From contig CAVWIG010000023.1 in assembly GCA_963754945.1 (NCBI GenBank), positions 1-64,000 of the forward strand: a DNA stretch of 64,000 nucleotides. Direction: 5' to 3'. The position numbers and the translations under genes are program-made. Shown here in pieces: positions 22,329 to 33,046 of this stretch. The stretch's first letter is position 1; each line of letters starts with the position of its first letter. The notes under the pieces are model-generated. The model was given only the letters and a program-made list of their open reading frames with translations. It did not search any database and was not told the DNA's origin. Source of the stretch: Methanotrichaceae archaeon (GTDB lineage: Archaea > Halobacteriota > Methanosarcinia > Methanotrichales > Methanotrichaceae).

Positions 22329-22550
22329 CTACCTCGAGTCACCGGGTCTAATCGGTTCTATCGTGGCGGGTTTAATGTTTTCCTTGATTTTCTTTTCCAG
22401 ATCAGGTGATATCTCCTTCACGCCGTGAGACATTTCCTGATGCATACGTGCAAGCTCAATGACCTCATCGTCAGTCTTCGCACGTACCGCGAATTCGCAC
22501 CCAGGATACACTAGCTTACACATAAATTCCCTATAACTTTCCTCGGCCAT
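22329..22550 (-). CDS. DUF1059 small metal-binding protein
   Basis: C....PGC.F...A.T.DEV......H....HG pattern. Confidence 0.8.
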   Translation of the reverse strand: MAEESYREFMCKLVYPGCEFAVRAKTDDEVIELARMHQEMSHGVKEISPDLEKKIKENIKPATIEPIRPGDSR

Positions 22551-22836
22551 AGATATAGTTCTTCACTTCAAGGTTAAATACATTATCGGAAAATATTTCG
22601 GGTACACGAATGGCGGTTGCAGTTGACTGATAAAAAGATTTGCGCAAATCAAATCCTCGGTGGCTTTTCGCTGCTTCTTTTGACGCGAGATGTGCACTGA
22701 CCTTCCTGTTTGTAATTATCAATTTCGCGATTGTCTTTCCTTTATTTTCTCTTATGATTGAAGCTAGAAATGACACCAGCAAGGGGGGGCAATACGGTTA
22801 CATACACAGCGTTTATCTCCAAAGACAGACTATCAA

Positions 22837-23316
22837 CTATGGCTCCACATCAGCGGTGTCACACTTTATCTGAAGTTCCTGTAGTGTCCCATAAATTGCA
22901 GCTAGAGCCTTATTCTGAGCCGTCAAATGGTCTAAGATCACACGGGCCTCTTCTTCAGCTTTCTCATTGATCAAACAGTGTTGACGTGATTCGACCCTGT
23001 CACGTCTTTCTTGAAGGTTCTGGCTAATCAAGATGATAGAAGCGGCGTAGGATGCCAGCAGAGATAGAGTCAGGTTCATCAAAATAAAAGGGTAGGGGTC
23101 CCAATGGTAACGCCAACCTGTAACATTCATCAAAATCCAAAAACCAAAAATGACGGTCTGCAAAATAATGAACTTCCATGATCCAACCGTCTCAGCAACC
23201 CAGTCAGCGGCCTTCTGGCTAAAGGTGAGTTGTCCTTCAAAAAGCTCGATGGCATCGCAGACAGGAGGGTGTTCATGTTTATATGGTTCAGGAAACTCTA
23301 GCTTATTCGAGGGCAT
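22837..23316 (-). CDS. DUF1003 membrane protein
   Basis: AD.VA..VGSW.FI, WDPYPFIL.NL.LS..A.Y.A..IL.SQN. Confidence 0.85.
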   Translation of the reverse strand: MPSNKLEFPEPYKHEHPPVCDAIELFEGQLTFSQKAADWVAETVGSWKFIILQTVIFGFWILMNVTGWRYHWDPYPFILMNLTLSLLASYAASIILISQNLQERRDRVESRQHCLINEKAEEEARVILDHLTAQNKALAAIYGTLQELQIKCDTADVEP

Positions 23317-23688
23317 AAAGGACAAAATAGTAAAAGATCTTTTTATAGATATCTCTTCGATTCATTCTGCTTTCCCGTTCTACGCTCACAAGCAGGGATT
23401 CCTATTGCGCTTTGTCTAAAAGAGGTTGTTGGAGTGATTTAACTAAAGGGCTATTTTATTTCGGCTTTAAGAGAGCCGCTGAAAAAAAAAGGTTTATAGT
23501 TGCGAGTCAGATCACTCTTGGTCGAGTAACCCAGCATTTTTTGACCGACAGATATATAGTCCAGAGGGCCTTTTAGTAGTTAGCTGCATTGCATTGATTC
23601 AAAAAATTGTTGAAATGTTTTTGTGGCACGATCGATTCTTGAAATCGATATAAAAGTACGTAGAATAAAGATATTTGGAAATACAGTG

Positions 23689-23837
23689 ATGGCTTTCATT
23701 AGAGGTCCCTAGAGAGATGACCTATATGACCTGTTCAGATTGTGGATGTCGTACCCAGGTTCCCTTTGAACCAGACGGATCTAGGCCTGTATATTGCCAG
23801 AAATGGCTACCAAGGTAATAGACCTGTTAGGTGGTAG
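23689..23837 (+). pseudogene. Degenerate CxxC-x17-CxxC zinc-ribbon gene
   Basis: REMTYMTCSDCGCRTQVPFEPDGSRPVYCQK after a frameshift; paralog of 28216-28434. Confidence 0.8.
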
Positions 23838-24100
23838 CTAAGGCGATATTAAAAAGGATCTGATTATTATATTATCACTTCGTTTTAACAGAATTGCAAT
23901 CGCTGTAGTGCCTCTACCTCCGGTTGAAGTATCTCTCTGGAATGCATTGTGTCAGATACGATTCAACTTGTTTTCACAGATGAGATATATCCAGGCAGGA
24001 TCGATAACAAGAGCTTTATCTGGATATGTCTTTCAAATTCTGCCCTATAAGACTTCAACCAAATCAGAGAGCATCACCCAATAATCGTCAAGAGGTATAA

Positions 24101-25366
24101 ATGTCATTTGGAAATTTAAATATCATAGATCCGCTTCAGCGGGCACTAACCAAAGAAGGATACATTACTCCAACGCCGATACAGATGCAAGCCATACCAC
24201 ATCTGTTGAAGGGAAAGGACCTGATGGGCATCGCTCAGACGGGAACGGGCAAGACCGCTGCATTCGTGTTGCCCATACTTCAAAGGATGTCTGAACAGCT
24301 CAAAGCCCCAACTCCAGGAACTCCACGCGTGCTTGTGCTCGCACCGACAAGAGAGCTAGCAGCACAGATAGGCCAAAGCTTTGCTACATATGGTCAGTTT
24401 CTTCGGTTCAGACATACAGTCGTATTCGGTGGTGTCAGTCAAGGGCAACAGGTCAGAGATCTTTCACGAGGCGTCGATATCCTCGTAGCCACACCTGGTC
24501 GGTTGCTCGACCTGATGAATCAGGGTTATATAAAGCTGAAGGGCGTCGAGTTCTTCGTCCTTGACGAAATAGATAGAATGCTTGATATGGGTTTCATCAG
24601 AGACGTGCGCAAGATCGTCTCGGCGCTTCCACTGAAACGTCAATCACTTTTCTTCTCGGCCACAATGTCGTCACAGACAGGTGAGCTTGCGAAAAACCTT
24701 CTCACTGATCCGGTACGAGTCGAGGCAGCCCCGCAGGCGAGCACACTTGAGTGTATCAAGCAGCGTGTTTTCTTTGTGGATCAGAACAACAAGATTCCGC
24801 TGTTGCTGGGGCTCCTAAAACAGCAAGATCTGAAACGCGCCCTGGTGTTTACCCGCACGAAGCATCGGGCGGACAAGGTCGCGCTGATGCTCAACAAAAA
24901 CAGGATCAATGCCGATGCAATCCACGGAAACAAGTCGCAGGGCCAGCGCACCAAGGCCATGAGTAATTTCAAATCGGGCCACCTGCGAGTATTAGTCGCA
25001 ACAGATATCGCGGCGCGCGGTATTGACATTGATGACATAAGCCATGTCGTAAATTTCGATTTGCCCAACGAGCCCGAGAGCTATGTTCACCGCATCGGTC
25101 GTACGGGCCGCATGGGGGCTGAAGGTAATGCATATTCTTTCTGTGCAGCGGATGAACGCAGCTCCCTTCGGGACATCGAGCGGCTCACGAGGGAGAAAAT
25201 CGAGGTCATGGAGCACCAATATCATTCCGAACAGGCAAAGAATGCTGTCGGTGCAGCGGCAAAGCCGACGCCGAATAAATTTAGTGCCGTACAGAGAAGT
25301 TTCGGGCAGAAGAGCGTGCACAGATCCGGTCCTCGGAAGTCGCATCAGTTCGACGTCGCTCGTTGA
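24101..25366 (+). CDS. DEAD-box RNA helicase (RhlE-like)
   Basis: Q motif, AQTGTGKT, PTRELA, DEID, SAT, ARGID, HRIGRTGR. Confidence 0.96.
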   Translation: MSFGNLNIIDPLQRALTKEGYITPTPIQMQAIPHLLKGKDLMGIAQTGTGKTAAFVLPILQRMSEQLKAPTPGTPRVLVLAPTRELAAQIGQSFATYGQFLRFRHTVVFGGVSQGQQVRDLSRGVDILVATPGRLLDLMNQGYIKLKGVEFFVLDEIDRMLDMGFIRDVRKIVSALPLKRQSLFFSATMSSQTGELAKNLLTDPVRVEAAPQASTLECIKQRVFFVDQNNKIPLLLGLLKQQDLKRALVFTRTKHRADKVALMLNKNRINADAIHGNKSQGQRTKAMSNFKSGHLRVLVATDIAARGIDIDDISHVVNFDLPNEPESYVHRIGRTGRMGAEGNAYSFCAADERSSLRDIERLTREKIEVMEHQYHSEQAKNAVGAAAKPTPNKFSAVQRSFGQKSVHRSGPRKSHQFDVAR

Positions 25367-25468
25367 TGTAGGTTCAATACTGTGAGGCTATTTATATTCA
25401 AGAATAGCCAATTATTTTTTTATAGATTTGTCAAAACGCTTGCCACATCAAATACCCACTTCAAGCTA

Positions 25469-26680
25469 GTGTCGCGTCAGCTATCTAGTGTCGGATAAAG
25501 CCTAGATAGTTTAACTCTTGCATCCGCTGTAGTAAATTGCCAATTTACCTTTGCATTTTTATTATTTCTGAACTCCTGCCATGCCGCTACTTCATCCTTA
25601 ACAGTTTCAATTTTATCGATTCGCCTATTCAGACATTGCCCTGTAAGGACATTCAGCTCTATCTCAGCCATATTTAGCCAACTGCCATGCTTCGGCGTGT
25701 ACACAAATTCAAACCTATCCATTAACGCCTTTGCCTTATCTGGCGTAAACTTCTCATAAAACGATCCTGCATTATGTGTGTTGAGATTGTCCATCACCAA
25801 TGTTATCTTTTCTGCATGTTCGTATTGGGCGGCGACATCTTCCATAAAGCAAGCCCAGTCCAGCGCAGTTTTTCTTTCAGTGACCTTTACCATACGCTTC
25901 CCGGCCAACGGTTCGCATGCAAGGAAAATATTTGATAAGCCGCAGCGTTTGTATTCATAGTCGTGTTTGGCAGCCCGCCCTGGAGATATTGCAATAGGTA
26001 CTCTTGTCTCGGATATCAGCTGCTTTGGAGATTCGTCCATGCATACAACCGGATGATATGAATCAAACGGACGCTTATAAACATCCAATACCCTTTCCAT
26101 ATTTGCGACGAAGCTACCGTTTTGATTTGGCGGAATTACCCATCCTTTGCGTTGCCATGGCTTGATCTCGTTTTTTTAAAATTTGACGCACAGCTTCATG
26201 AGAAATGCTGTCAATGTAGTTGAGCTCGACGACCTTATCGGCTAACAGCCTCAAAGACCACCGCGCAAAACCATCTGGTGGTTCGCTGCAACTCAATGCA
26301 ACTAAATGGGCTTCAAAATCTCCATCGGTCTTCTTGGCATAGATGCGGTTTCCCGTTCTTCTTTCAAGAGCTGAATCAAGACCTCCCTCTACAAATCGCT
26401 TTTTTAAACGGTCTATCTTTCTCATGCTTATATGGAGCACACGGGCTATTTCTTCATTCGTCGAGCCCTCTGTTTGGTACTCACCTTCATCACAACCGAG
26501 CAATATTAATGCATTGAGGATCTTCTGTGATTTTTGCTTTCCCTTGACTGTAAGGTCGCTAAGAGCTTTGCGCTCGTCCTCAGTAAGCGTTACGATATAT
26601 TTCTTCATTGCTATTACCCCACATTGGATATGAAGATAATATATCTTAAACCTTATGTCACTTCAATATTGACGCGACAC
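25469..26680 (-). mobile_element. Second type of IS630-family element
   Basis: TIR GTGTCGCGTCA/TGACGCGACAC; TA duplicated in CTAG. Confidence 0.92.
25477..26608 (-). CDS. IS630 transposase, two ORFs joined at A_AAA_AAC slippery site near 26170
   Basis: HTH ORF 26114-26608 and DDE ORF with DNLNTH, HGSWLNMAEIE. Confidence 0.9.
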
Positions 26681-26800
26681 TAGGTCTAGCCAGCCGTTCT
26701 GGCGACTCTGCTCATCTGACGCGCTCCGCGTGACAGGAATGAATTATGTTAGAATTATGCCAGAAAGATAAAAGCAGAAAATTGTGAATCGGGAGCCGGA

Positions 26801-27082
26801 TCAATCAGCCGTCATTCCGGCAAGATATGCCCGGGCTATGTGAGGATCGCATGCCAGCTCATTTATTCGCTGCTCAGACATTTCCCAGAGCATATCATCT
26901 ATTTCGACCTCCTCATCTCTTTTCCGCCACCATGAGAGGCAGACGTCCGCCGCCTGATCGCAGGCGTCATCATCAGACAGATCGAGGGCGGCACAAAATG
27001 CTTCGCCCACGCATTCATTAACCGGTGCTCTAGTACAAAGATCACAAGTCATATAGCTCCTCACTCGAAATGTTGCATTCAT
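26801..27082 (-). CDS. Cys/acidic hypothetical protein
   Basis: GGAGGGAGG RBS; CDLC plus four further Cys. Confidence 0.5.
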   Translation of the reverse strand: MNATFRVRSYMTCDLCTRAPVNECVGEAFCAALDLSDDDACDQAADVCLSWWRKRDEEVEIDDMLWEMSEQRINELACDPHIARAYLAGMTAD

Positions 27083-27313
27083 AATCCTCCCTCCAAAGCC
27101 TGATACTTGGCTAATCCACCACGTGCAGGATATGTAAGAATGTTCGGGGCAAGATAATCTCACGCCGCATTAAGTTATTATTACTCAATATGATTCAACC
27201 GGATGTTCCACTGGCTCCTGTATCTCGGTGCCTGAAAGCCGTGTGTCCTCCCATTTCTCCTTACTAGCTTATAGGTTACTCAAAACACAACGCCTTTGGA
27301 GATAAAAAACGAA

Positions 27314-27655
27314 TCAGGCAGTAGCAAGAAACGGCTCTTTCGAGATCCTATCGCAGAAGACCTTTATCTGCTCCTCGTTCATCATATTTTTGGGCACAAC
27401 GAGGACTCGATATCCATCACCTTCAAGTCTGCTTGTCAGATCTTGGAATGTGTTCATTGCAATTTTATGTTTGCTCAGATCCGGCATCTTCAGAACAACG
27501 ACCTTTTCAGATGGTATTACTGCGTCCACGACATAGCCCCACCGAGTAGGGCGATTCATCAGTACCACAATCTCCCTCCTCCCCAGCTCCAAGATTATGT
27601 CATCGAATTTCTTCATATCGGGATTTATGGCTTGTCTAATTTTAAATTCCTCCAC
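27314..27655 (-). CDS. Hypothetical protein
   Basis: 113-aa ORF with TATA-rich upstream region. Confidence 0.55.
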   Translation of the reverse strand: MEEFKIRQAINPDMKKFDDIILELGRREIVVLMNRPTRWGYVVDAVIPSEKVVVLKMPDLSKHKIAMNTFQDLTSRLEGDGYRVLVVPKNMMNEEQIKVFCDRISKEPFLATA

Positions 27656-28215
27656 ACGTTGGATTCCAAATAGTGATATATTTATATATTATATTATTAC
27701 TAAATTTCGCTATTATCATGATACTAGATGCAGCTAAATTCAAGAATTGCCTTCTTACTATATCAAGTAGCCTTTCGTAATCTCCGACGGGAAAGCGGAT
27801 AGATATCGATAGCCTTATTCCATATAGTTCAGAGGGGTTTAATTATTTCAACAAAATCCCAGACCTCTTTTAGTAAGGGGTTGTCCTTCTTCAACCTCAA
27901 TCATCTCATTTGATGTTTGGATCCAGAATTGTAACCTGTTTGTGCTCAATCATTGCTTTGTTCATTCTCATTTGATCCATTTGCCTCAAAAAAGTCTCCA
28001 TTTAGACATCTTCCAAGACAGTTTTCACATCGGCGCATAGCCTTTAGCATGACAGTATGTCAGATATGCCTCAAAACAAATCTTCGAATGGCAGAGCAAA
28101 TACAACTAACGCCAAAAATTTGAAGAGGGCACATGAAATTGCCCGGTGTTTGTTATTCCGCAGTTGCGGATGCGTTCAGGTAAAACGGATTTAATTAGCT
28201 GAATAATCAAATCGG

Positions 28216-28434
28216 TTAATATCTGGATGACCTTGCAGGCCTATGCTTCTGGTAGCACTCGCTGCAGTAAACCGGCCTTGATCCGTCGGGCTTGAAAGGA
28301 ACCTGGGTCTCTTTCCCGCACTCTGAGCAAGTTACAGTTGTCATCTCTCTCGGGCCGCTGTTATAGCCGCCTCTGCTAGGTCCTCTACTGCCGCTACTAC
28401 CGCTGCTGCTACTTCCGTATTTTCTCTCGAACAT
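28216..28434 (-). CDS. CxxC-x17-CxxC domain protein with G/S/R-rich N-terminus
   Basis: REM..VTCSECG.ETQVPFKPDGSRPVYCSECY. Confidence 0.92.
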   Translation of the reverse strand: MFERKYGSSSSGSSGSRGPSRGGYNSGPREMTTVTCSECGKETQVPFKPDGSRPVYCSECYQKHRPARSSRY

Positions 28435-28683
28435 TTAATTCACTTACCTGTTGTATCGATTCAAGGAATCGAAACCTGCTACAAAAAACATCTCAACAAA
28501 ATCAATTGAATCGACGCAAAATGTAACGTCTTCTAAATGACTCTTCTGGATGATATACTTGTCGGTCAAAAACTCAAGGAACTCGGTCTCGAAATTTGTT
28601 TATATTCATGAGTGAGCATTCGAGATGGCATCTGTTCTATCTCAAGTTGAGCCTTTGATACGAGCATTGTTAAAACAAATTCA

Positions 28684-28768
28684 TGCGGGGGACGGGATTC
28701 GAACCCGCGAACACCTGCGTGACAGGGCCCTCAACCCTGCTCCTTTGACCTGGCTTGGAAACCCCCGC
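28684..28768 (-). tRNA. tRNA-Leu(GAG)
   Basis: GCGGGGG acceptor stem, CAGGG-TTGAGGG-CCCTG anticodon arm, long variable arm, GGTTCGAATCC; follows rpoD. Confidence 0.95.
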
Positions 28769-28797
28769 TCAATATGAGATGGGCCTAGTTAGCCCAT

Positions 28798-29592
28798 CTA
28801 AGACAGCTCAGCCAGTTTGGCTTCCAGTGTCTCAGCTCTCAGCTTGATCTCCTCGGATGCCCTGGTCACCAGGTCCTTGGCATGCATGGAACCACTACTC
28901 TCAATGGCCAGCACGAAAGAGTCCAAAACCGGCGTGATCAAGACGGCTCCGGCTTCGCATTCCTCGACACAGAGCTTGCAAAGGGAGCATTCCACGGTAT
29001 TTGTAGCTTTCGCTCTGCCGTCCTCCAAAACGAGGACTTTCCGCGGACACACTTCCACGCACTTCTTACACCCCGTGCATGCTTCGCTGACAACGATGCC
29101 GGGAAGGTTCTTGTAGCCGCAAAGGGTTCCGGACTGCCATTTGGCATGATCCCTCCCAACCCGTTTGGAAGCATAACCCTCTACCACCAGCTTTTCGCCC
29201 TCACCCAGAATAACAATGGGTATGCTGTCGAAAGCCGGCTTGACCGTAGGATCGGTGAACTTGATATCCTTGGAATAAACGGTGCACGGACCCTCAGCGG
29301 ATAGCATGAAATCTACCCTGCATCCTGGACAGCCTTCACCCGCGCACAGGCAGTCATCGGGCCTCGAATAGACGTCTAGATCTTCAGCCTGAAGAGGTAT
29401 CAAACCTAACCGGAGAGATAGTATCTCGTCGAACAACACCGATGTGTTATCATACAGAACTATCTCATCTATGGCAAGGGTAGGAACCTCGCTCATACAT
29501 GCCCGCCTGATGCCGTTGGCAAAAGCGGCTGTAACGCCGCTGAGGAGGAACTCAATTCGTTCCTCACTCAGTTCTAACAGTTCAACCTTCAA
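28798..29592 (-). CDS. rpoD: RNA polymerase subunit D (Rpo3) with ferredoxin-like insertion
   Basis: ANGIRR...EVP.LAID, HAKW, CxxCxxCxxxC motifs. Confidence 0.96.
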   Translation of the reverse strand: MKVELLELSEERIEFLLSGVTAAFANGIRRACMSEVPTLAIDEIVLYDNTSVLFDEILSLRLGLIPLQAEDLDVYSRPDDCLCAGEGCPGCRVDFMLSAEGPCTVYSKDIKFTDPTVKPAFDSIPIVILGEGEKLVVEGYASKRVGRDHAKWQSGTLCGYKNLPGIVVSEACTGCKKCVEVCPRKVLVLEDGRAKATNTVECSLCKLCVEECEAGAVLITPVLDSFVLAIESSGSMHAKDLVTRASEEIKLRAETLEAKLAELS

Positions 29593-29594
29593 AT

Positions 29595-29984
29595 CTACAC
29601 CCTTCGACCCCTCTTTCCACCCTTGGGCTTTGTGCCGTCGTGTGGGATTGGGGTCACGTCTTCTATCCTGCCTATCCTAAGGCCAGCCCTTGCTAGCGCC
29701 CTTATGGATGCCTGAGCGCCGGGTCCTGGAGACCTCTGCTTGTTGCCTCCCGGAGCTCTCACCTTGACGTGAACGCCGACTATGCCTTTGTCTTTGACCG
29801 ACTCCGCAACCTGCATGGCCATCTGCATGGCCGTGTAGGGTGAACTCTCGTCCCTTGCTGCCTTGACCACCATTCCACCGGAGATCTTGGCTATGGTCTC
29901 CGCCCCGGTCAGATCGGTAATAGTTATCAGCGTATTGTTAAAGGATGAGAATATGTGGGCTATGCCCCATTTGCCTTCTGCCAT
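29595..29984 (-). CDS. rps11: 30S ribosomal protein S11
   Basis: [23 protein letters not shown]. Confidence 0.98.
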   Translation of the reverse strand: MAEGKWGIAHIFSSFNNTLITITDLTGAETIAKISGGMVVKAARDESSPYTAMQMAMQVAESVKDKGIVGVHVKVRAPGGNKQRSPGPGAQASIRALARAGLRIGRIEDVTPIPHDGTKPKGGKRGRRV

Positions 29985-30521
29985 TTATCCTTCCACCTTG
30001 GCTGTCCTGGATGCCCTCTCTGGATGGCCTTCCTTGGCCATAGGCGATCCAAGATAGTAGTCTATGGTCATCTCTTCGCCACGCCTAACCAGGTAGCTTG
30101 GAATTGTGACCCTGCGCCCAGAGACCTGAACGTGGCCGTGAGTGATGAACTGCCTGGACTGCTTCATTGAGTTAGCCAGACCCTGACGGTACACCTGCGT
30201 CTGCAGTCTTCTTTCTAGAACATCAGTAATCTTCATGGATAAAACTGCATCCAAATCGCCATCTTCCTTGAGCATGCCGTACTTCTTAAGGCGGTTTAGA
30301 ATAGCTTCCACTTTCGGATCAGCCTGGCCGGATGCCACAGACGCAAGCAGCGTTCGGCTGGAGTGCCTGTACTTCCTGAGAACAGCCTGGGCTTTCCACA
30401 GCTCTCTCTTGTTTCGAAGCCCGAAGGACTTCACCAGCACTACCTCTCCGGCAATCCTCTCTGACTGGAAGGGGGTTCGCGGCCTGCTGTACGTTTTGCG
30501 GTTCTTTCCTGGGTATCCCAT
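29985..30521 (-). CDS. rps4: 30S ribosomal protein S4
   Basis: GLRNKRELW, LERRLQT, RQFITHGH. Confidence 0.98.
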   Translation of the reverse strand: MGYPGKNRKTYSRPRTPFQSERIAGEVVLVKSFGLRNKRELWKAQAVLRKYRHSSRTLLASVASGQADPKVEAILNRLKKYGMLKEDGDLDAVLSMKITDVLERRLQTQVYRQGLANSMKQSRQFITHGHVQVSGRRVTIPSYLVRRGEEMTIDYYLGSPMAKEGHPERASRTAKVEG

Positions 30522-30531
30522 TTTTTACCAC

Positions 30532-31074
30532 CTACTCCTTAGTTGCCGCCGGTGCCGCTACAGGTGCTCCTTCCTTCTTCCTGCTTACTCCCACGATAGC
30601 GCCAGTTCGCCCGGTGGAACGAGTCTTCTGGCCTCTAACCCGCAAGCCACGTTCGTGCCTGATGCCCTTGTAGGACCTCATTTTCTTCATTAGGTCCAGA
30701 TCTTCTCTCAGGATCATGGCGAGGTCCATGCCCATGACATGCTTGTCCTGGCCGGTCTCAACGTCCTTCCTCCTGTTCATCATCCATACAGGCAGGTTTG
30801 CGCTGGCTTCTTCTATGACCTTCTTAAGATCGTTGATCTTCTCGTCTGGCAAAAGACCCAGAATTGCATATGGATCCACTCCGGCCTTTTCAGCAAAGAT
30901 CCGGCCAGTTCTACGGCCCACACCCTTCATGCCAGCAAGAGCCATGTGGACCTGTCGCTTCCCCTCCAGGTCCGAATTCATAATACGAACTATGTGCTTG
31001 AGTTCTTCGGCCACTTCGGCCTTCTTAGGTTTCTCAGGCTTCTCTTCTGCCTTTTTAGGTTTATCTTTAGCCAA
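30532..31074 (-). CDS. rps13: 30S ribosomal protein S13
   Basis: KGVGRR, YKGIRHERGLRVRGQKT; TTG start with GGAGG RBS. Confidence 0.96.
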   Translation of the reverse strand: MAKDKPKKAEEKPEKPKKAEVAEELKHIVRIMNSDLEGKRQVHMALAGMKGVGRRTGRIFAEKAGVDPYAILGLLPDEKINDLKKVIEEASANLPVWMMNRRKDVETGQDKHVMGMDLAMILREDLDLMKKMRSYKGIRHERGLRVRGQKTRSTGRTGAIVGVSRKKEGAPVAAPAATKE

Positions 31075-31323
31075 ATTATTCCTCCAGATGTCTGGGTAGC
31101 CCAGAGAACACTTCTGGAGCAGCCCCGGTCTGTTGCCGGCGCCGCCCAATCACCACGTAGTGGGGCGAATGTCCATTGAGTCCAAATTGAAGAGACGCTA
31201 CTTATACATAAGACTTATGATCTCTGCGTTGCTCCTTGGTCGGCATCTACTTACCTCCTCATTTCAGGCTCTTCGCAGGTGTCCTGACGCTACACATTCG
31301 GCCACTACCAGTCCAAGTCATTC

Positions 31324-32583
31324 TCAGACGCCGATCATCGCTCCTATGCTCGCCATCTCCTGGAAGAAACCCGGGTAGGAAACGTCCACACACTCAGCGG
31401 TATCTATTCGTGTCTTTCCGGTCGCCATCCCTGCAATGGCCAGGGCCATTACGATCCTGTGGTCATCGTAACCCTTCACGTCGGCACCATGTAGCTCGCC
31501 ACCGACGATCTCCAGGCCGTCTGGTTTCTCCTTTATATTAGCCCCCATCTTGGAGAGCTCGGTTGCCATAGCATGAAGCCGGTCGGTCTCCTTGTGACGG
31601 ACGTGCTCGGCGTTGGAGACAACGGTCTTTCCTTTGGCAAGTGCTCCCAGCACAGCAATCGTAGGAACAAGATCCGGAGTGAGGCTGGCGTCCACATCGA
31701 CTCCGTGCAGTTCTCGACCTTTAATTCGGAGCACACCTTCGACCTGGTCCCAGGAGATCTCCGCGCCCATGCGCCCGAGGATATCCACGATGGCCGAGTC
31801 TCCCTGACGCGACGGCAGCACGCCTCTGACAACTACCTCTCCGCACGTCACTGCTGCTGCGGCTAAAGGATAAGAAGCTGAAGAGAAATCTCCGGGGATT
31901 TTGTAGCTCTTCAGGTTGTAGGATTGGCCTCCTTCTACCTCGAACTCCTGCTTATCGGCCTCGATTTTTGCTCCAGCATCCTTGAGCATGTTCAGGGTGA
32001 TCTCTGCGTAGGGCCGTGACTTGAGTTCACCCTCTATTATGATCTTGGTATCGCCTTCAGAAAGCGGCGAAGCTATGAGCAGTGCTGACAGAAACTGAGA
32101 ACTCACGCTGCCGTTCAGTTTTGCCACTCCGCCTTTCATGCGTCCCTGGACGACCAATGGAGCCTTGCCATTTCCTTTAATGGAGAAGGCGTTGACGCCC
32201 AGGTCGTTTAATGCGCTAAGCAACGGACCATTTGGCCTGGATCTGATCGACGCATCGCCTGTCAGCACGGCCCCATTGGTCAGGGAAGCCACTGCAGAAC
32301 AGAAGCGCATGGTCGTTCCAGAGTTCAAGACGTTAATGACGTCCTCAGGAGTCTGGGGCTTGCCTGAAACACCCTCGATCTGGATATCTTCTTTTCTCGT
32401 GATCTTGGCACCGAAAGCCTCGCATGCGGCAATGGTTGCCCTGGTATCTGCAGATATAAGGGGCCTTTTGACAGTTCCACCAGGACCTAAGGCAGTAATT
32501 AGAATGGCCCGGTGAGTATAACTCTTTGATGGCGGAGCATAGACCTCGCCTGACACCACCGAACGTTCGACTGATACTATCAT
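31324..32583 (-). CDS. aroA: EPSP synthase
   Basis: PPSKSYTHR, NSGTTMRF, SSQFLSALL, KETDR, DDHRI. Confidence 0.97.
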   Translation of the reverse strand: MIVSVERSVVSGEVYAPPSKSYTHRAILITALGPGGTVKRPLISADTRATIAACEAFGAKITRKEDIQIEGVSGKPQTPEDVINVLNSGTTMRFCSAVASLTNGAVLTGDASIRSRPNGPLLSALNDLGVNAFSIKGNGKAPLVVQGRMKGGVAKLNGSVSSQFLSALLIASPLSEGDTKIIIEGELKSRPYAEITLNMLKDAGAKIEADKQEFEVEGGQSYNLKSYKIPGDFSSASYPLAAAAVTCGEVVVRGVLPSRQGDSAIVDILGRMGAEISWDQVEGVLRIKGRELHGVDVDASLTPDLVPTIAVLGALAKGKTVVSNAEHVRHKETDRLHAMATELSKMGANIKEKPDGLEIVGGELHGADVKGYDDHRIVMALAIAGMATGKTRIDTAECVDVSYPGFFQEMASIGAMIGV

Positions 32584-33046
32584 AGTCGCTTAGACAACCT
32601 ATGAGTATAAGAAATGTTGCGCCAGAAGGCCTTTCTTTGGACTTTAGACCAATCAGCCTTGCAATTGAAATTCAATACTACTTACACTTGTGAATTTGAC
32701 CCAAATCTGTTCCTGATAATATTCTTGCCGACAAGTATCTACACCTGGCCTAAGTATATCGTTTTCAGCTCGACAAAGGAGATCGTGGAGAAGACTCAAC
32801 TAAACCTTACTGATAAGATCAGTGCATCCTATCTGTCACTCCAGGTAGCTAGTGTATCGCTTCCAAAATGAACGCACAATGGAATAATATGCACTAAAAG
32901 CATCTAATTGCTAGATTATTTTGGAATCGCTATACTAGATTTAGCGTTGAGTACGAGGAATTTTGAAAGAACTGGATGAGAAATTAAAGGAGAAGATGCC
33001 GTCCCAGAATAACAATTGTCCAAAAGAGCAAAATGGTGAGCAAAGA

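Noticed and set aside
27860-28060. Short Cys-containing reverse ORF
   Set aside because: No RBS or recognisable motif; likely chance
28950-29100. Fe-S motifs in RpoD
   Set aside because: Known feature of many archaeal Rpo3 subunits
31075-31149. N-terminal extension of S13 in the ORF track
   Set aside because: RBS supports TTG at 31074; similar over-extended starts at 1371, 37300, 51673, 58324
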